Virus record (IMG/VR): IMGVR_UViG_3300021962_000047
Span: 41,972-105,971 of that record
DNA from: a virus
Strand: one strand, 5' to 3'
DNA length: 64,000 nucleotides
Shown one piece after another: positions 1 to 9,414 of the stretch. Each line of letters begins with the position of its first letter. The first letter of the stretch is position 1. Both the position numbers and the translations under genes were made by a program. The notes below the pieces were generated by a model. It worked only from the letters and a program-made list of their open reading frames with translations, had not been told where the DNA came from and made no database searches.

Positions 1-2702
1 GCAGTTGCGAACCATGGGAATGCGATGTTATCTGTCAATGCGATGTTTCTTACAACTTCAGATGTTGGTGGAATGTAGATTTGTGTGTTGTTAACACTAT
101 CTCTTACCAAAATCCATGGGTAATAAGTAGCTGTATAGTTTGAATCGATACCTGTTTCTTCTAAGTTGTCAACTGCCTCTTGTGGGTAGATAAAATCACC
201 TTGGAAGTTAGCGGTATTTGCTACATACATGTTGTAGTCAGGTGTTGTACAGAAGTAGATTGAATCTGCTCTTTCTGTTTCAATCATATTGATTGCTGAC
301 TCAACTAAGTTAGAGTTGTTTACATAGTCAATACCAGGTGTTACAAATACGTTGATGTTAACAGCTTCAGGGTTAGAATATGTATCTTGACCTAACAAGT
401 ATGCGTAGTAGTCAGAGTTTGCCCAGTTTACTGAGTCATCACCGACTGTGATTTGTTTGAACTGACCCCATCCTGTTGCAGTTGGGTAAGAAATTGAAGG
501 AGCTGCTCCTTTCAAATATCCTGAACCACCTAATCTGAATGTGTCTTGGTTACTTCTCCACTCTCTGTAGATATCCCAACCGTCAAAACCACCAGAAGCT
601 AAGATAGTGAACTTTCTTGCGTATGTTCTGTAGTATGGGTTAGACTGGTCTGTTGGGTCTGTTTGGAATGAAGCGTCACCACAATCAAATGCCTGTGTTC
701 CGTCTGTAATGTAACCACCTGTAATTAATACAACTGTTGCTCCTGAGTCCATGTGGAAACCTTTAGAAAGGTAAGCCCAAGGTTCAGACGTTGTTGCAGT
801 TGCTAAATTAGTTGGGTTTTGTTTTCCTTTATATGCAAAGTAATCAAAATCGATACCAACTGTATTAGAGAAACCTAAGTAAGTTCTTCTTACTTGGTCA
901 CCAGCTGCTAAAGAAGCGTTTGGTCCACCCGCCGCGTTACCGAATGGTGGGTTGTAAATTACTTGACCAGGAATGTAGTATTCTGTTTTGTAGATTGGGA
1001 AAGGTGATTTAGCACCTGAGTATTCTCTGTAAACGTAACCTTCAAATCCACAAGGTAATGCATCTACAGGAGCTTGTTCTTCCATCTCCACCATAATGAA
1101 TCTTGAATTCAATGCAAATTCACCATTTGCTGTACCCACTTTCTTAGCAACATATCCATTTTCAGTTGGGTCCATAGTACAGTTAGTGAATTTTTCAAGA
1201 ACTACTGGGTTAGAGTCAGTATCGTAGAAATCTCTCACAATAATATCAAAGGTATTATTACCAAATGACATATTAGCCAACGAAATCTTAACCAATTGGT
1301 TAGCTGCGTTACCATCAGATATTAAGATAAACTTAAATAATCTATATACGGTATTACCACGTAATTCAGAAACTACATATGGTGTTGATGGTGTTTGATA
1401 TTGTTCTAAGTACCAACCAATAGATGTGTTAGTACCAGCATCATTTCTAGCTGAAGGTAAAGAAATTAAATCACAATTTAAACCTCTAATATAACCTTTT
1501 CTATATGCCCAAGTTAATAATGAATATAAACCTTCTTCTAAGAAAATAGGTACATCAGTTCTTGGTTTACTAAAGTTAGATACTCCAAATACTTTAGGTA
1601 AGAAATTAGTATCACTTACTGTGAATGAAGTTTGGAATGAGAATGTAGCACCCGCAGATGTTACACCTGAAATTGCAAATGGTGCAAATGGGTTTTTCTG
1701 TACATTTGCATAAGTACCTGAACAATCCATAATTACATCAGTTAATCCCGTAACTGAATAAACTGGACCTCCATCTGTATTTGAATTGAGACCACGAGAA
1801 CGGAAAGTCGCTACGACAACATCATTATATTCCGTATAAGCGGTACCAACCCAGTTTAATACTGTACCTGAAATTGTTCCTGTAAATTCACCTGGTGTTC
1901 CCTCGATAAAGTCACTACCCATAACAGCGTTGAATGAAATACCTTGGTAGTTATCTCCCGCAGTAGGTTCAAACGCACCGTAGTACCAAACATCCATTGT
2001 GTCTGCAGTGTAGTTAGCTGTTGATTCAGTTAACCCACTAACTTGTAAATTATTAGTTACATCCGTAAAACCAGCACCTATGTAAGCGTTATATGTAGCA
2101 TCTTCCAACACACCCCAAATACCCTGTGTTGTTGCAGACAATGTATTGGTTTGGATAATTGAATAAATCATCTCCTCAATTTGGTCCTGCATTGTTGTTG
2201 TACTACCATTATATAATGTAATAGTATCGTTAATGTAGGTAGTTAACGGTGATGGGAATGCACTTGTAAATACAATCGATGATGAATTACCTGCAGTACC
2301 TGTAAAGGTTACAGACCAAGTTGCGTCGGTTGTTGGTGCTAATGTTGATGGATTAAGGTTAGCTTGTGTTGTAATAGACCAAGATGGTCCCGCATCGTAA
2401 CCTGACAATCCTAATACTCTTGTAACAAACAATTGGTTAGATTGTTGTAAATAAGATTTTGCGATGTAAGCCGCTTCGTATTTTGGGATTTGTGTGTTTA
2501 CGAATTTTTGCGGACTTGTACCCCCAAAGTATGAAACAAACTCATCATAATTACTGATGAAGATAGGTTCAAATGCAGGTCCTGTGAAAGTTTCACCTAC
2601 AATACCTAATGTTGTTACACCGACACTTTGAGCTACAAAACTTAAATCTCTTTCTGAGGTGTAGACACCTGGAGAAACGAAAACTTTGTTTGATGTTGCC
2701 AT
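1..2702 (-). CDS. Contractile tail sheath protein (T4 gp18-like), 3' end runs off the window
   Basis: Not in the ORF track. Manual translation from ATG at 2702: MATSNKVFVSPGVYTSERDLSFVAQSVGVTTLGIVGETFTGPAFEP...YLQQSNQLFVTRVLG, the typical sheath N-terminus (SPGVY, GP, VTRV). Toward the window edge it reads YTATYYPWILVRD...IYIPPT. Confidence 0.92.
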   Translation of the reverse strand, partial: MATSNKVFVSPGVYTSERDLSFVAQSVGVTTLGIVGETFTGPAFEPIFISNYDEFVSYFGGTSPQKFVNTQIPKYEAAYIAKSYLQQSNQLFVTRVLGLSGYDAGPSWSITTQANLNPSTLAPTTDATWSVTFTGTAGNSSSIVFTSAFPSPLTTYINDTITLYNGSTTTMQDQIEEMIYSIIQTNTLSATTQGIWGVLEDATYNAYIGAGFTDVTNNLQVSGLTESTANYTADTMDVWYYGAFEPTAGDNYQGISFNAVMGSDFIEGTPGEFTGTISGTVLNWVGTAYTEYNDVVVATFRSRGLNSNTDGGPVYSVTGLTDVIMDCSGTYANVQKNPFAPFAISGVTSAGATFSFQTSFTVSDTNFLPKVFGVSNFSKPRTDVPIFLEEGLYSLLTWAYRKGYIRGLNCDLISLPSARNDAGTNTSIGWYLEQYQTPSTPYVVSELRGNTVYRLFKFILISDGNAANQLVKISLANMSFGNNTFDIIVRDFYDTDSNPVVLEKFTNCTMDPTENGYVAKKVGTANGEFALNSRFIMVEMEEQAPVDALPCGFEGYVYREYSGAKSPFPIYKTEYYIPGQVIYNPPFGNAAGGPNASLAAGDQVRRTYLGFSNTVGIDFDYFAYKGKQNPTNLATATTSEPWAYLSKGFHMDSGATVVLITGGYITDGTQAFDCGDASFQTDPTDQSNPYYRTYARKFTILASGGFDGWDIYREWRSNQDTFRLGGSGYLKGAAPSISYPTATGWGQFKQITVGDDSVNWANSDYYAYLLGQDTYSNPEAVNINVFVTPGIDYVNNSNLVESAINMIETERADSIYFCTTPDYNMYVANTANFQGDFIYPQEAVDNLEETGIDSNYTATYYPWILVRDSVNNTQIYIPPTSEVVRNIALTDNIAFPWFAT

Positions 2703-2734
2703 TTTTTTATTTGTTAGTAAATTTATTTTTATAG

Positions 2735-2741
2735 ATAAATA
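2735..2741 (-). promoter_or_regulatory. Putative late promoter TATTTAT (tail sheath)
   Basis: Same motif recurs just upstream of 19 genes in sense orientation. Confidence 0.65.
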
Positions 2742-2776
2742 TTCATAAAAATTACAAAATACCTATACTCCAGATA

Positions 2777-2784
2777 TATATTTG
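2777..2784 (+). promoter_or_regulatory. Possible Bacteroidota-type -7 promoter element TATATTTG
   Basis: Matches TAnnTTTG, ~40 nt upstream of the small ORF at 2826; the -33 element is weak. Confidence 0.35.
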
Positions 2785-2825
2785 TTAATGAGTATGTATT
2801 TTTTCTGCCTTTTTTCTACCTACCT

Positions 2826-2975
2826 ATGAAAGAAATTAAAAACTTAAAAATATCAGTTGAAACACATAGTATCCTTAAATCATACTGTGATAGACGAGGA
2901 TTGAAGATGTATAAGTTTCTTGAGAAATTAATTGAAGATACTTGTACCGAAAAAAAAGATATATACGGGGAATAA
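2826..2975 (+). CDS. Small ribbon-helix-helix-like DNA-binding protein (49 aa)
   Basis: Manual translation: MKEIKNLKISVETHSILKSYCDRRGLKMYKFLEKLIEDTCTEKKDIYGE. Alternating beta strand, helix, G-turn, helix pattern; fills the gap exactly. Confidence 0.65.
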   Translation: MKEIKNLKISVETHSILKSYCDRRGLKMYKFLEKLIEDTCTEKKDIYGE

Positions 2976-4013
2976 TTAGATTAGGGTTGCCGTTGTAAAA
3001 ATTGTAGCATCCTTTAAATTGTCAATCTTTACCACATCTATTTTTAGAATATCATTTGTCGATATTTGTATTAGTCCGACATCATCCCCAATATAATTGT
3101 CATTTATATATACAGAATAACTGTCAACGTTTTCACTATCACCAACATTAATATCTGCGGTGTAATTAAATAATTCACTAATTGTTGTTACCGAATTTAA
3201 AAATTGTATATTCAATTCAAATTGATTACTCGGTGGCCACATTTCAGCTTTTCTAGCCTTTGTTTTAGTATCAACCTCAAACATTGTAAGTGTTCTTGAA
3301 ATTGCAGGTGTTACTTCAAATTCTTCTTCATCAATCAAAAATCCCATCATTAAGAATTCATAGTTTTGAATGTAGTATTTTCTTTTATCAACATCTAAAA
3401 CCGATTCATCAGATATATTATTTAATATAATTGGAACATAGTGTCCTTTAACAAAAGTATATGCCTGTCGAGATGTGAATTTTTGTAAAACAATTTTGTT
3501 AAACTGATTTAACTCTCTCATTCTATTACAAACAATCTTTACGTTATATGTGATATCAACAGGAACTGGTTGTGGAATTTTATAAATGTCCATTCCTTTT
3601 CTTTGTCCATCCCATGTTGGAACTTTGGCATAATAAAATTGCTTTCTATTTGGTATGGTATATTGTAATGATGGTGTTGTACCATATTTAACTTCAGGTT
3701 GTCTAACCGTAGTGATAAACGGAGGAACTGGATTACCGTTTAAATCTTCAAACTTCCAAGTTTGTGTAAATTGAGCCCAGTTCTGTGTGGTAATAATTAA
3801 ATCAATTGGTGGTACGGTTTTACCGTCAACAATTAATGTGATATCATCTTTAACAAAGTCCAACATACCTCTATCCAAATCTGCATGTAAAACAGATTTA
3901 GGAAGATAAGTTCCGTCTTCATTGATGTACTCAAGAAGCTGTTCTCTCCTCTCCCACCCAGTTTTAGGTGGAACCAATTGTAATGTCTTTTTAACTTTTT
4001 TAGGAAATGCCAT
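2976..4013 (-). CDS. Tail terminator/sheath stabiliser-like protein (T4 gp15-like)
   Basis: PQPVPVDITYNVKI...FNKIVLQKF resembles the gp15 PVP-Y motif; lies between neck and sheath genes. Confidence 0.6.
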   Translation of the reverse strand: MAFPKKVKKTLQLVPPKTGWERREQLLEYINEDGTYLPKSVLHADLDRGMLDFVKDDITLIVDGKTVPPIDLIITTQNWAQFTQTWKFEDLNGNPVPPFITTVRQPEVKYGTTPSLQYTIPNRKQFYYAKVPTWDGQRKGMDIYKIPQPVPVDITYNVKIVCNRMRELNQFNKIVLQKFTSRQAYTFVKGHYVPIILNNISDESVLDVDKRKYYIQNYEFLMMGFLIDEEEFEVTPAISRTLTMFEVDTKTKARKAEMWPPSNQFELNIQFLNSVTTISELFNYTADINVGDSENVDSYSVYINDNYIGDDVGLIQISTNDILKIDVVKIDNLKDATIFTTATLI

Positions 4014-4525
4014 TATAATCCTCTGAATTCATCTGTTGTTACAGGAGTTGCGGTATATGAATAATAGAAACTCTTATAACCACCATAAGTGTGTTTATTG
4101 TCATAGTCAGGTGTTGCAGCATCTATAACAGAATAGTAACGTATTTCATCCTCGGTAATTTGGTAACCGATGTAGTCACCCAGTTTAATTTCAATTTTTA
4201 ATTCTTCTAATTCTTTGTGGTAAACCGCAAATTCTATATTACCTGGTTCGTTTTGTAGAATACGAGAATTACCAATTGATTGTCTTGTTGGTTCTAAAAT
4301 TCTAACAAAAGCATTAAACTCAACGGGAGCTTTAAATTGAACCCCGTCAGAGGTAACTTCACCATAGACATCATCTTTGATTGTTCTTTGTTGGTCAACA
4401 GAATATAATACCATAGTAAAGTTCATGTCTCCATTGAGCCATTCTCTTCCCATCTCAATATCGAGATTATAATCCTCCTCGGCGAAGAACTTATTTAAAC
4501 GTGTAATTGGTACTCTACGTGTCAT
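4013..4525 (-). CDS. Neck/head-closure protein (gp14-like)
   Basis: DDVYGE motif, beta-rich, GDYI motif; coupled to the terminator-like gene. Confidence 0.5.
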   Translation of the reverse strand: MTRRVPITRLNKFFAEEDYNLDIEMGREWLNGDMNFTMVLYSVDQQRTIKDDVYGEVTSDGVQFKAPVEFNAFVRILEPTRQSIGNSRILQNEPGNIEFAVYHKELEELKIEIKLGDYIGYQITEDEIRYYSVIDAATPDYDNKHTYGGYKSFYYSYTATPVTTDEFRGL

Positions 4526-4573
4526 CCTTGATAAATATTACAAAAATGATTATCTTTTACTATATTTTATTGG

Positions 4574-6331
4574 ATGGAACAAAATAATCTTGTAAATAAT
4601 ATCCCTGAGATTCGTGCTCAACGTATATTGGATGTATACGATGGGTACAATAACTATATTCTGTCCATTAAGAAAAAGTCCGAAACACAAAAACATTTTA
4701 AGATGACTCGGGCTCAAGCCGACTACATTTTAGATTTTCATAAGGATGTTCCAAAGATTGCAAGAAAGTGGGTTCCATTAGATGGATACTTCTCAAAAAG
4801 AATGATGGAAGACAAATTATTAACCAAACAACCCGAACAAATTTATGTTGAGAAGATTTTGGTTGAAAAAGATAAGTCGTACCACATTTATGGGAAATTG
4901 TTTGAAAATGAACAACTACACGACTTTTGGTTACCAAAAGCAGCCATCGTCCCAAATAGAACAAGAAAGGTTGAAATTGATTATGAAAAGTATTCTCATA
5001 GACCTCCGTTATCACACCAAAAAGAAGCAATTGAAAAATTAGTGGGAAGTGATAAGTTTATCCTTGCCGATGATATGGGTCTTGGAAAGACAACATCAAC
5101 CGTAATTGCGGCATTAGAAGCCGGTGCTAAAAAAGTTTTAATCGTATGTCCAGCATCATTAAAGTTAAACTGGCAAAGAGAAATACAAAACTATACAGAC
5201 CGACCAACATTTGTTGTGGAAGGTAAGAAATGGGAACCCGCAGATTTCACAATCATCAACTACGACATCCTTAAGAATTTCCATGAACCAAAAGAGCCAA
5301 AGACATCTGATGTTTTAAATGCAGGATTTGATTTAGTGGTGGTGGATGAAGCTCACTACATTCAAAACAAACAAGCTCAAAGAACAAAGATTGTTAATGA
5401 CATTTGCAAAAAGATTGGAAAGGTTTGGTTATTAACAGGAACCCCAATGACATCACGTCCGATGAACTACTTTAATCTATTGGATTTGGTGGACTCACCA
5501 GTCGCATACAATTGGATGGCATATGTAATGAGATATTGTGAAGGATATCAATTCAGAGTAGGAAATAGAAAAGTGTGGAATGTGACTGGAGCATCCAACT
5601 TAGAAGAATTAAGGGACAGAACAAAACCTCAAGTATTAAGAAGATTAAAAGAAGAGATTTTAGATTTACCTGAAAAAATTATTACACCTGTTTACCTTCA
5701 CCTTAAATCAAAAGATTATGAAGGTTTAATGGGTGAATATTATAATTGGTATGACAATTCAACCGAGTCGTCATCACTAACCGTTCAATTCTCAAAACTG
5801 ATGAAAGTTAGAATGGTAATGGCTCAAGAGAAGGTTAAACACACAATTGAACTTGCAGAAAACATTGTAGAACAAGGAAAGAAAGTTATCATTTTCACCA
5901 ACTTTACCGACACTCTAAACCAAATCAAAGACCATTTTGGAAAGTCGGCAGTGGCTTTAGATGGTAGTATGAGCAAAGTAGCAAGACAAAATTCCGTGGA
6001 CCAATTCCAAGAAAATGACAATATTAAAGTTTTTGTGGGAAACCTTAAAGCCGCAGGTGTTGGTATCACCTTAACCGCAGCCGAAGCCGCCATAATGAAC
6101 GACCTGTCTTTCGTTCCATCAGACCACGCACAAGCAGAAGACAGAGCATATAGATACGGACAAAAATCAAACGTATCTATTTTTTACCCCCTATTCGATA
6201 ACACAATCGAGGGGATTATCTATGATATATTGACTAAAAAGAAACATATTTTCGAAACCGTTATGGGTGACAACGAAGATAAAGGAACCGTGATGGAAGA
6301 AATTTTAAACTCAATATCTCGCTTAAGGTAA
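4574..6331 (+). CDS. SNF2-family helicase (SMARCAL1/HARP-like)
   Basis: LADDMGLGKT Walker A, DEAH, LTGTP, LRRLK, AAGVGITLT and QAEDRAYRYGQ motifs. Confidence 0.93.
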   Translation: MEQNNLVNNIPEIRAQRILDVYDGYNNYILSIKKKSETQKHFKMTRAQADYILDFHKDVPKIARKWVPLDGYFSKRMMEDKLLTKQPEQIYVEKILVEKDKSYHIYGKLFENEQLHDFWLPKAAIVPNRTRKVEIDYEKYSHRPPLSHQKEAIEKLVGSDKFILADDMGLGKTTSTVIAALEAGAKKVLIVCPASLKLNWQREIQNYTDRPTFVVEGKKWEPADFTIINYDILKNFHEPKEPKTSDVLNAGFDLVVVDEAHYIQNKQAQRTKIVNDICKKIGKVWLLTGTPMTSRPMNYFNLLDLVDSPVAYNWMAYVMRYCEGYQFRVGNRKVWNVTGASNLEELRDRTKPQVLRRLKEEILDLPEKIITPVYLHLKSKDYEGLMGEYYNWYDNSTESSSLTVQFSKLMKVRMVMAQEKVKHTIELAENIVEQGKKVIIFTNFTDTLNQIKDHFGKSAVALDGSMSKVARQNSVDQFQENDNIKVFVGNLKAAGVGITLTAAEAAIMNDLSFVPSDHAQAEDRAYRYGQKSNVSIFYPLFDNTIEGIIYDILTKKKHIFETVMGDNEDKGTVMEEILNSISRLR

Positions 6332-6373
6332 TGACATTTGTCATAACCTGATTATTTATTATAAAAACATACG

Positions 6374-7924
6374 ATGAAATTCAACAAGCATAAAAAGCGA
6401 ATAGAAGAATTGGAATTACAATTAAGTGGACAAACAAAAACAGATAAATTACCACTACCAATTCAAGAACAAAAAACCGAAACTATGAAGAAAGTAAAAA
6501 TCGAAAGATTACCTTACTCTTACTCCGCCTTGTCAAGATTTATTGACCCCGAAACAATGAACGTACACTACAACAAACATTACAAAGGGTATGTAGAAAA
6601 GTTAAACAGGGAGTTAGAAAAATTAAAAGAACAGGATTTAGAATTAGAACAAATCATAAAAGGTATCTCAAGATACAACACAACCGTTAAGAATAATGCG
6701 GGGGGAGCTTACAACCACCAATTATTTTGGAAGATGTTGTCACCAAAACAACAAAGACCATCAGGACCCGTTTACGATAAGATTGTAAAAAAATATGGGG
6801 ACTATGAAAAGTTCAAACAAGAATTTTCAAGAAAGGCAAAAAACAAATTTGGAGCAGGATGGGTATGGTTGGTTCTTACAAAAAATAATGACTTAAAAAT
6901 TATTACCACCGACAATCAGGATAACCCGTTAATGAATACCATTAATTTTGGGGGATATCCTTTGTTAGGATTGGACCTTTGGGAACACGCTTACTACCTC
7001 AAATATAAAAACAGAAGAGACGATTATATCAAAAACTTCTTTAGTGTTATCAACTGGAGTTACGTGAACTACCTATTTGATAACAAAACCAAAAAGAAAA
7101 TTAACGAATCTCGTGATGTGAAAAGTATCATTGAGGAGGGAGCATCGAGAGGTTGTAGTCCCGCTCAGGTAAACACTTATAGAGAAATCTTTAACAAAAA
7201 TTCTGAAATCAAAAAAATCTTCATGTTTGCAATTATGGATATTTTAAAAGAAGTTTTCGCTGATTTTTGGTATGATAAAGGAAAATATGCTGAAGGTGAG
7301 ATGTCAGGTGTTTATGACTATGAAAAGAAAGGTCGTTCTGTGATTAACAAATTAAACACAAACTACACGGCATTTTGTACTTTGGTTAATGATATAAACG
7401 AGGTATTAAAGAAAATGGGTGTTGACCCAATTAATATGATTAACCAATCTCCTGAACAACAAGTTAGAGAAGTAAGAAGGTTAGTCAGATATATGACGGA
7501 ATTCCGTTATAGAATTTTCAATCCAGAATCGGCAACATTTAAAAAGATTATGTCAGGATTGGATACTTCAAATCGTTTTGGTGATGAAAGAGAAATCAAA
7601 GCGGTTGTAAATATGAAAAACATATTTGGAACAAAAGAAGTATTCAAAGTGGGTGACCTTGGGAATGTTGAGGATATGTTAGGTGGGGTTGATGCTACCA
7701 TTACTAAAGATGGTGAAACCAAAACAGCACAAATCAAACCGTTTTCAACATATGAAGAAGGTGAAGATGGTAAAATTACCGTCTTTAACACAGGAAACGT
7801 AAAACCATATAAAACTGATTATTTGGTGTTCCACAACGACAGAAAAGGTACTATTGTGTTTAAAAACGATAATACTGAAATTGTTGGTGGTAATTATGTT
7901 TTCCCAAAAGAAGATATGTTGTAA
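6374..7924 (+). CDS. sod: Fe/Mn superoxide dismutase fused to a C-terminal PD-(D/E)XK-like domain
   Basis: LPYSYSAL, HYNKHYKGY, NHQLFW, FGAGWVWL and DLWEHAYY SOD motifs in the first ~235 aa; the extra ~270 aa contain GVD-x10-AQIK. Confidence 0.85.
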   Translation: MKFNKHKKRIEELELQLSGQTKTDKLPLPIQEQKTETMKKVKIERLPYSYSALSRFIDPETMNVHYNKHYKGYVEKLNRELEKLKEQDLELEQIIKGISRYNTTVKNNAGGAYNHQLFWKMLSPKQQRPSGPVYDKIVKKYGDYEKFKQEFSRKAKNKFGAGWVWLVLTKNNDLKIITTDNQDNPLMNTINFGGYPLLGLDLWEHAYYLKYKNRRDDYIKNFFSVINWSYVNYLFDNKTKKKINESRDVKSIIEEGASRGCSPAQVNTYREIFNKNSEIKKIFMFAIMDILKEVFADFWYDKGKYAEGEMSGVYDYEKKGRSVINKLNTNYTAFCTLVNDINEVLKKMGVDPINMINQSPEQQVREVRRLVRYMTEFRYRIFNPESATFKKIMSGLDTSNRFGDEREIKAVVNMKNIFGTKEVFKVGDLGNVEDMLGGVDATITKDGETKTAQIKPFSTYEEGEDGKITVFNTGNVKPYKTDYLVFHNDRKGTIVFKNDNTEIVGGNYVFPKEDML

Positions 7925-7967
7925 TAACAAACCGGGGTTGAATAATATTTATTAGTAAAAGACCCTT

Positions 7968-9080
7968 ATGGCTATTATCATTGGAACCGAAAGAGAAAAA
8001 CTTTATACGAGAATTCGTCACCTTTTAGGAGCACCTCTTCGTGGTGTTGAGATTGAAGACGAAATGATGGATTCACTATTAGAATTGTCTGTTGAAGATT
8101 ATTCTCAATATGTTGATGACTGGTTGATTGAATCTCAATGGACATCTTTATATGGTATGGACATTGATACCCAATCTTTAACCAGAGCATTCACTACTCG
8201 TTCATTAGATTGGGAAACCCAATACACTTATGCATATTCTAAGATTGTAGGTTTACAAGCCGGTGGTCCTTGGGTTCTTAAAAAAGATTATTTTGATTTG
8301 GTTCCTAACCAACAGATATATGAAATTCCTGCTTGTCGTGAGATTAATGAACTTTTATGGTTCACCAGAGCTGAGTTAGATGCTGCGTTCTTTGACCCAT
8401 TTATGGGTGGTTTTGGAGGATTCGGTGGTGTAGGTTTAGGTGGTGGTGCCGGTTTCTCACAAATGGGAACAACTGGTAGTTACTTCATTACACCAGCATT
8501 TGATATCCTTTTAAGAATGCAAGACATCAATATCAAAAGAAGAATTATCGCTGGTGAACTAACATACCGTATTACAGCATTACCTGAGGGTAAAAAGGCG
8601 GTACATCTTTATAACGTACCTGGAGGTAAATTTGATTTTGGTAATATCGAAAACAATAGTTATCGTGTTTGGTATTGGTATTATGATACCTGTGATAGAG
8701 ATGATTGTTTACAAGCCAATCCTGATGTGGTTAGATTACCATCTGATGTACCAATTTCAGGTTTAAGATGGGATGAGTTAAACTCACCCGCAAAAACTTG
8801 GGTTCGTCGTTGGTTTACCGCATATGTTAAAGAAACTTTAGGTAGAGTTAGAGGAAAATATCAAGGAAACTTGAAAACTCCCGATAGTGAACTACAATTA
8901 GAATATGATTCCTTGTTAACGGAAGCTAAAGATGAAAAATCTAAATTACTTGAAGAATTGATGGCGAGGTTAGAAAGGCTTCGTCCTGATAAGATGATGG
9001 AAAGAGAGGCTAACGTTGCGGAACAATTAAACAAGTCATTGCAATATAGAGCAATGCCTCGTCAAATTTATGTAATTTAA
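7968..9080 (+). CDS. Neck/head-tail adaptor protein (T4 gp13-like)
   Basis: N-terminal LGAP..VEI.D and C-terminal WVRRWFTAYVKETLGRVRGKY resemble gp13-type neck proteins; late motif upstream. Confidence 0.7.
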   Translation: MAIIIGTEREKLYTRIRHLLGAPLRGVEIEDEMMDSLLELSVEDYSQYVDDWLIESQWTSLYGMDIDTQSLTRAFTTRSLDWETQYTYAYSKIVGLQAGGPWVLKKDYFDLVPNQQIYEIPACREINELLWFTRAELDAAFFDPFMGGFGGFGGVGLGGGAGFSQMGTTGSYFITPAFDILLRMQDINIKRRIIAGELTYRITALPEGKKAVHLYNVPGGKFDFGNIENNSYRVWYWYYDTCDRDDCLQANPDVVRLPSDVPISGLRWDELNSPAKTWVRRWFTAYVKETLGRVRGKYQGNLKTPDSELQLEYDSLLTEAKDEKSKLLEELMARLERLRPDKMMEREANVAEQLNKSLQYRAMPRQIYVI

Positions 9081-9081
9081 C

Positions 9082-9414
9082 ATGCCAGTATTCAAGTCAC
9101 AACCTGTAGACAAATATATTAACGGAACTTCAAGATTAGTTTCAGAATTTTGCGTTGTTACTGACCCTCACTACACAACCGATGGTGAAATTGCAATCGT
9201 AGTTAAAGATGTAGAAGAGTGTATTTTAACATTAAATCATGAAACAACAAAACACATTACCATTAAATCTTTAACAAATACTTTAGTTATTTCATCTGAC
9301 AATATAGATAGTGAATACACTGAAATATATTTAGGAAAAGGTGCTTGTGTCGAATTACGTTATATCATCGGTGGATGGTATATTATGTCATCAGACGGAT
9401 TAAAAACTTCTTAA
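9082..9414 (+). CDS. Hypothetical protein (beta-rich, possibly virion-associated)
   Basis: ORF directly follows the neck gene. Confidence 0.6.
   Translation: MPVFKSQPVDKYINGTSRLVSEFCVVTDPHYTTDGEIAIVVKDVEECILTLNHETTKHITIKSLTNTLVISSDNIDSEYTEIYLGKGACVELRYIIGGWYIMSSDGLKTS

Noticed and set aside
6331-6344. Palindrome ATGACA-TT-TGTCAT upstream of SOD
   Set aside because: Single short occurrence with no second copy noticed; insufficient to call an operator
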